Positions 57,268-64,000 of a stretch of DNA of 64,000 bases are shown here, piece after piece (within the stretch, counting starts at the first letter, position 1; every line of letters starts with the position of its first letter). The notes below the pieces were generated by a model that searched no databases, was not told where the DNA came from, and saw only the letters and a program-made list of their open reading frames with translations. Where the stretch lies: the NCBI GenBank assembly GCA_951406725.2, contig OX597821.1, positions 114,266,001 to 114,330,000 on the forward strand, in the 5' to 3' direction. Made by a program: the position numbers and the translations under genes. The DNA comes from Octopus vulgaris. Taxonomy: Eukaryota.

Positions 57268-57467
57268 GCCATGATAGATCATTAGCTACTACACGCATTT
57301 TTTCTCTCCTTGTTTCTCTCCGTGTTTTTTTTTCTGTGTATCTTTCTGTCGAAGAGCGTAGGCTCGAAACGTAAAAGACTTTTTTCTATCCCTGAGCGCT
57401 ATACTAATACATTTGTTTGTTTGTACTCCACCTGCCTTCGTCTTTTGTTTATTTTCGTAAACTTTCC

Positions 57468-57472
<5 letters not shown>
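57268..57472 (+). mobile_element. ~200-bp (TA)n-flanked element with hammerhead-like motif
   Basis: Related copy at 32460-32686. Confidence 0.7.
57341..57378 (+). ncRNA. Minimal hammerhead-like motif with variant core
   Basis: UCUUU-CUGUCGAA-GAGC-GUAG-GCUC-GAAA-C-GUA-AAAGA. Confidence 0.5.
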
Positions 57473-57526
<54 letters not shown>

Positions 57527-58444
57527 ACTTATAAACAAGGGCAAAAGAAAATTATTTCTATGTCAATATGCTTATAACAGACTTTTAAATCGTCAATTTT
57601 AACCTTTAAAGGTATTTTAATATGCTGCCACTTTTTTGATGAAATTTTTTTCTGTAAAAAAACTTCATCCTATATTAGTAGTATATATATATACATACAT
57701 ACACACACACACATACATTTACGTTGTGTATATATATGTAAGTCGAGTTTTGATAAAAACATTTTAACATTACACTGAAGAATGACTCAACAGTCTTTGT
57801 AGAGTACATTTTTGTTTAGACTCTTACAAGAATAATGGTGAGTGACTTCGAAGTTCCGTCTTGTTTAGCCTTCATCGGAGGATCTCGTCAAGCCCAAACT
57901 GGTTGAAATTTCGAAGTCACTACCAACGCTGTTCTTGTAAAAGAATACTGTGTGTGTATGTGTGCGCGCGTGCGAGTGTGTGTGAGTGTGTGCTGTGTGT
58001 GGGGTGCTTGTGGGGGGCGTGTGCGTCCGTGTGCGCGCGCGTGAGATACCAATTTAATTTTGAAAATCATACACACAACCACGCATAGGCGCGTGCGCAA
58101 GTACGCAAACACATGCTGATATCATCATATACAACGTACACACTCAGGCTCACTTGCGCACGTACACACACACACACATACATACACACACACACACATA
58201 TATACACATAAACACACACATACATACACATGCACACACGTATACGCGCACATTCACACACACGCATACACACAAACGTACACAAACAAACATATACACA
58301 TACACACAAACGTACACATGTATAAATAAATAAGGATATAAATACACATACACACACACACATATATATATACACGCACATTCTTTTATTCTCTTATGCT
58401 TTTATCTTTTTATGCGTCACAGCCCAAAGTTTGTGGTCATGCTG

Positions 58445-58729
<285 letters not shown>

Positions 58730-58989
58730 TAATACAGAATTAACAGATTCGCCTTATGTCGTTACCTAATAAATGTGACAAAGTTAAACAAACATCCAAC
58801 GTTCACCCACAGCTAACTTCGCTGCTAACTTCAATGTCGTATTACGTCTTCGTACAATGTAACTATTGTGAGTGTCAAAAAATACAGTCTTTTCCGCCAT
58901 TACTCTGACGCTGTTAAACCCATCTGGCCCTCAGTTTGTAGTTGCTTAGCCTCAGATACTCTCTCATCTAACTGGTCAAGGATTACCAC

Positions 58990-59130
58990 CTCTGTGGTTA
59001 AAGGTTCGCTTCGTAGCCAATTGCTTACGGCTTCAGTATCACTGTGTGACACCTAGGGCAAGTGTCTTCAACGAGAGTCTCGGGATGACCAATACTTTGT
59101 GAGGGAATTGAGAAGACGGAAACTGTGTGA
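58990..59130 (+). mobile_element. Decayed SINE family B head
   Basis: GACACCTAGGGCAAGTGTCTTC...GACGGAAACTG. Confidence 0.6.
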
Positions 59131-60129
59131 AAGGTGGAATCATCTTCAAACTTCTCTGCGTCATTATCTGAAATGTAAGATTTTTTTCTACCCTGATGAC
59201 GAGGTTCGATCTATCCAAAGTTTATTTGCTTCTATAGCTTCCTGAGTACTTTGGTAAACTATATCTACCAGCGTTATAATGGCTCTCCGAGCCCCGAAAA
59301 ACAGATGTTGAACCTGTAGCGGTAGCTAGATAGTTGAATGATCTCCCTTGCAAGAAAGATCATAGAGTAACCTCCCTTCTCTACGTTTCTCAAAGCATCT
59401 GTGTCATGAGACTTGATTCTTAATTATTCAAGAAGCTTAGCGTTTCACTTGAAAGTTTCTAGAATGCCTAGCGTTCCGTTAATAAAAACAGCTTGCTATC
59501 CCAGCTCTTCGCTTCTTAGTCGATTAGATTTAAAGCCATTCACATCATTGTTATGTCCGTCTATTTCTCTACACCACATGACAGAAAACCACCGCTTAGG
59601 TGCTATTTCTACATTTTCTATCTTTGAACTTTCTTTCATAGATTACTTCATTCAACTAGATTCTACAATTTAATTCTATGTATCATCATCGACCAGTAAA
59701 TAAAATAATATATTTTATGTAGTAAATATATAGATTTTGAATTTATTCTTTCATCTCTTTATGAACTCTTTACGCAGCCACATCAACAACTTGTACTCAC
59801 TATATATTTCCACTACATACCTATAACTCCTTACTTCTTGCCCTTTAATTTTCTCTGTTTTCGTACTCTGTAAATTTAATCTATTAGGCCTTTAAGGCCG
59901 GGCATAAGTAGCAAGTATTTCCGTGCAGGACGCAAAAGAAAGACAAAAAATACAAGATTATAATCAATCAAATAGCTTAAAACGCAAACGTGGCTTATAT
60001 ACACCCGTCTTCTTCAGAGTTTAGCAGTGTGTCAGTAAGTCACATCCGTCCTCTGCGGAAGAAAGCATGTTGTATCAATAACCTACACCTGACCTTAAAA
60101 CGTTAATATATAAATATAGATATATATAA

Positions 60130-60165
<36 letters not shown>

Positions 60166-60290
60166 TGCCGGATGCTCCTGAACCAGTTGATGAGTGTCCC
60201 ACCCATGAGGAATCGATGTTAGATGTGTCGAAACAAATGTCATGATTAATAAATTCTTGTATATTCCATCTTCCGTCTTTCATTTGCCAT

Positions 60291-60322
<32 letters not shown>

Positions 60323-60357
60323 GAAATGTTTATTATGATTGATATGTGATGACTCAG

Positions 60358-60428
<71 letters not shown>

Positions 60429-60924
60429 CAGAGAGAGAGAGAGAGAGAGTAAGAATGTTTCAAATTGTCCGGAAGGTAAAGAGATTCAGATTGTAGTAAA
60501 ACCAGTTTAGCAGACAAACCAGGCACCAACATTCTTGAAGGTGATCATTGACGAAACAAAAGCTGAGCAGGGTTTTCGTCATAATCATACATTTGGGGTC
60601 CCAGTGTGAAAGATATGATAAAACGAAAATGAAACACGGAAACAGCTTCAAAATTCTTTTGGACAAGAATGTTGAGATTCATGACAGGAGTGACCCTTTC
60701 TCTTGGCAACTGATTATTTCATGTGCCTTAAGGATATATGGGTTGTGTTTATTTAACTCCAGGTGTTTATTTAACTCCAGGTAGGACAAATCTGTAATCG
60801 AAGGCGTTCCAAAATTGATCATCTCGAGGTTTGGGCGCTTTTCTTTGCCCTTTTTCTGTATATCTTGAAAAAGAATGTCTAATGTCAAATGTCATGTGTG
60901 TTTGTGTATGTATGTATGTATGTA

Positions 60925-60957
<33 letters not shown>

Positions 60958-60984
60958 ATGTGTGTGTGTGTGTGTGTGTGTGTT

Positions 60985-61200
60985 TTAATTCTTTTATTTG
61001 TTTTAGTCATTTGACTGCAGCCATGCTGGGGTACTGCCTTGAGGGGTTTGAGTTGAACAAATGGACCCCAGGACATTTTTTAAAGCTTAGTACTTATTCT
61101 ATTGGTCTCTTTTGCCAAACTGCTTAGTTACGGGTACGTAAACACAACAACAACGCTTGTCTAGCGATGATGGGAGAACAAACACAGACACAAAGATACA
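60985..61200 (-). mobile_element. SINE family B 3' half
   Basis: AGTCATTTGACTGCAGCCATGCTGGGG...AGTACTTATTCTATTGGTCTCTTTTGCC. Confidence 0.75.
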
Positions 61201-61374
61201 CACACACACACACACACACACACAACATTTATATATACACAGAGAGAGGGGGAGAGAGGGAGAGAGAAAGAGAGAGAGAAAAGAGAGAGACACATATTAA
61301 TTTACATAAAGCATAACAAATACAGAGTGTTAAGGGTGTTAAACTTACGTCATAACTGTAATATTCATAATTCT

Positions 61375-61755
61375 CTTCTTCCCTAGGCACAAGGCCCGAA
61401 AAATTTGGGGGAGGGGGCCAGTCGATTAAGTACACAACTGGTACTTAATTTATCGACTCCGAAAGGATGAAAGGCAAAGTCAACCTCGGCGGAATTTGAA
61501 CTCAGAACGTAGCGGCAGACGAAATACCTATTTCTTTACTACCCACAAGGGGCTAAACACAGAGGGGACAAACAAGGACAGACAAACAGATTAAGTCGTT
61601 TATATCGACCCCAGTGCGTAACTGGTACTTATTTAATCGACCCCGAAAGGATGAAAGGCAAAGTCGACCTCGGCGGAATTTGAACTCACAGCGTTGCGGC
61701 TGACGAAATACGGCTACGCATTTCGCCCGGCGTGGTAACGTCTCTGCCAGCTCGC
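61375..61755 (-). mobile_element. Dimeric SINE family A copy
   Basis: Two core units, colinear with 14472-14900. Confidence 0.88.
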
Positions 61756-61923
61756 TGTTTTTATAACTTTCATAATTAACCGATGAAATATGCAGAAAAT
61801 CTTGGATGTACAACCAATAAATAACCGCATAGAGATATTACAGACGTCCTTCATTTGAATGAAGGATTTGGAGTTAGAGTTCAAATCAATTGAGCCCTAC
61901 TAGGAGTTTTCTATTTTGAGCAA

Positions 61924-61972
<49 letters not shown>

Positions 61973-62302
61973 CTTGATATTTATTAGAGAAATACATTGG
62001 AAATTCAAAGTATGCATTCTTAAGTATTGGTGATTTTACTCAGAAAAATATTTCCATTCAACCTGATATCAACATTGAGAAATCCTTTTATTCTTTCAGA
62101 CGAATCGTTTTAAAATATTCCTCAAACAGACAGTTCCCAGTTGTTAATAGTGATGTTCATTTAATCGAACTAAGCAGATCGATATTTTCACCTGTACAAC
62201 TGCTGTCTACTTCAAACTTTATACAACTTTCTCAGCTGTTACATAATTGGAGCCAATCAATGGCTTCTCATAATATAAGAATTTACATACATTAATATAT
62301 TT

Positions 62303-62558
62303 ATAGAATGGTTGTATACTGTCAATCTAACGTGAACGTGACAGTAGGGGGTTACACCACAACTGTTTAGCCCTAGGAAGCATCGACGCTTTCTGATGGC
62401 TTCGACACATTTTTTCCTGTGTCCTTATATATTTACGAAGGGGAGACAAACACCCCCTTCGTAAATTTGATAGCCCGATGCTTCCTAGGGCTAAACAGTT
62501 GTGGTGTAACCCCCTACTGTCACGTCCACGTTAGATTGACAGTATACAACCATTCTAT
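62303..62558. repeat. Near-perfect foldback: 83-bp arms with internal 13-bp hairpin
   Basis: 62303-62385 vs 62476-62558 (one mismatch seen); inner stem 62431-62443 / 62454-62466. Confidence 0.9.
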
Positions 62559-62623
62559 CGCCCCACCACCGTACATATCTCTATGAGATATTTAGAAATT
62601 TAATATTTCTGAATATATTTTTA

Positions 62624-62723
<100 letters not shown>

Positions 62724-62734
62724 TATATGTATAA

Positions 62735-62772
<38 letters not shown>

Positions 62773-62818
62773 AAACAAGTCAAAAATAGAAAATGCTAAG
62801 ATAATTTTATAGTGAATC

Positions 62819-62862
62819 TTTCAGTACCGGTTTCGGTCATTTTGAGACCTTTTCAACTGTAA
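62819..62862 (-). ncRNA. Minimal type I hammerhead motif with U3-A8 core
   Basis: UUACAG-UUGAAAA-GGUC-UCAAAAU-GACC-GAAA-CCGG-UA-CUGAAA. Confidence 0.65.
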
Positions 62863-63520
62863 CGATTAAATAATTAAATTTAGAAAAATTAGAAGAAAAG
62901 TTTTTTTAAGGGAATATTTCTATAGTAGTGTTCAGATATAAGTGGCATTCTGCCTTTCTCTGACTCCCTTGTTTGCACTTGTGTGTTCGAGGTCGTTGTG
63001 AGTTCTTGGTAGGGTAGGAGAAGCAGAAGGCTGATGTGGAGAGGGGTGGGGAAATCTGGGAATGCCTTGATGGTCGTATTTTGAATGGTCAGTGGCGGAC
63101 AGCAGTCGCAGTTCAATTCAGGAATTGTTTATGGAATTTGCGTAGGCGTTATACTGAAACGCATAGTGACAAGGTTAAGGGGTAGAAGGTGGAGAAGTAG
63201 AAGAAGAAGAAGATGACGGTGTTGATGATGATGATGATGATGATGATGAAGAAGAAGAAGAAGAAGAAGAAGAAGAAGAAGAAGAAGAAGAAGAAGAAGA
63301 AGGAGAAGGAGAAGATGATGATGATGATGATGGTGGTGATGACGATGATGATGATGATAATGATGATGATGAAGAAGAAGAGGAAGAAGAAAAAAAAAAC
63401 AGAGAAGGGAGAATATGAATGGGTGAAAGTATAGCTGTGATGGGGCTGATTAGTAATGGATTCTATGGAATGTAATATTTGTGTGTGTATATATTTCTTT
63501 TATTCTAAAGTTGAGGTATA

Positions 63521-63856
63521 TTAATTGTTTGTCGTAGACCCGTTAAGAAGTGGCCTGTATTTTGTAATAAAGAGATTTTCTTTACTTATTCGTTGTCTCG
63601 AGGTTGTATCGTCCCTAAATTGGTAGAGGGGGAAAATCCTGAAGTTTGGTGTTTTTTTGTTGGCGCAAGTATCTATGTGTTGGCTAAAAGCTATTTTTCT
63701 GTTTTGGGGAATTTTTATCTGGGATCTGTGCAGGGCCATTCGTTTACGCAAACCATTTTTTGTTTGGCCTATGTACTGCTCTTGACACCCGGAGCAGGTT
63801 AGTGAGTATATTAGGTTCTCCGAAGCACATGTGAAGTTGCTTTTCACTGTAAACCG

Positions 63857-63857
<1 letters not shown>
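63521..63857 (-). pseudogene. GIY-YIG endonuclease domain of a Penelope-like ORF (5'-truncated)
   Basis: FTCASENLIYSLTCSGCQEQYIGQT...RKRMALH...QH...KENLFI...LN. Confidence 0.88.
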
Positions 63858-63933
<76 letters not shown>

Positions 63934-64000
63934 AAATAAGAAAATGGAGAAATAAATCCAAATCAAATATCAACTACCAGATAATACCCAATCACATACT

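Larger units (their letters stand above)
62769..63857 (-). mobile_element. 3' end of a Penelope-like element (Neptune-type) flanked by (TA)n
   Basis: GIY-YIG C-terminus, then 3' region with a hammerhead motif, bounded by (TA)n on both sides. Confidence 0.75.

Noticed and set aside
59975-60030. Minus-strand CTGAAGAAGACG hammerhead-like start
   Set aside because: No GAAA or cleavage triplet follows the putative stem II
60163-60288. TA-flanked segment with TTGATGAG...GAAACAAATGTC followed by AATAAA
   Set aside because: Stems I and II do not pair convincingly; at most a decayed hammerhead

Overview
AT-rich, microsatellite-dense eukaryotic DNA. The repeat families (tRNA-headed SINEs, R4/Dong, RTE, CR1, Penelope-like) suggest a coleoid cephalopod, probably Octopus; this taxon call is inference. 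No complete host gene is recognisable, and most of the ORF track is simple-repeat artefact. The window holds two CR1-clade LINE copies, several R4/Dong-clade fragments, RTE and Tx1/L1 relics, a Penelope-like GIY-YIG end, mariner and Tc1-like relics, Tigger- and hAT-type MITEs, three SINE families, an intron-containing tRNA-Leu(CAA) pseudogene, and two candidate 5' exons of a minus-strand host gene (47.7-49.4 kb). Highlights: (1) two head-to-tail arrays of (TAA)n-targeting R4/Dong pieces plus a ~560-bp non-coding element (4 copies) that appears to exploit them, one array next to a 1.72-kb perfect (TAA)n; (2) three families of minimal hammerhead-ribozyme motifs, mostly in (TA)n-flanked elements, including a U3-A8 covariant core; (3) one SINE head with three different 3' tails, one matching an RTE LINE end in the same window. 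All alignments and folds were done by eye.
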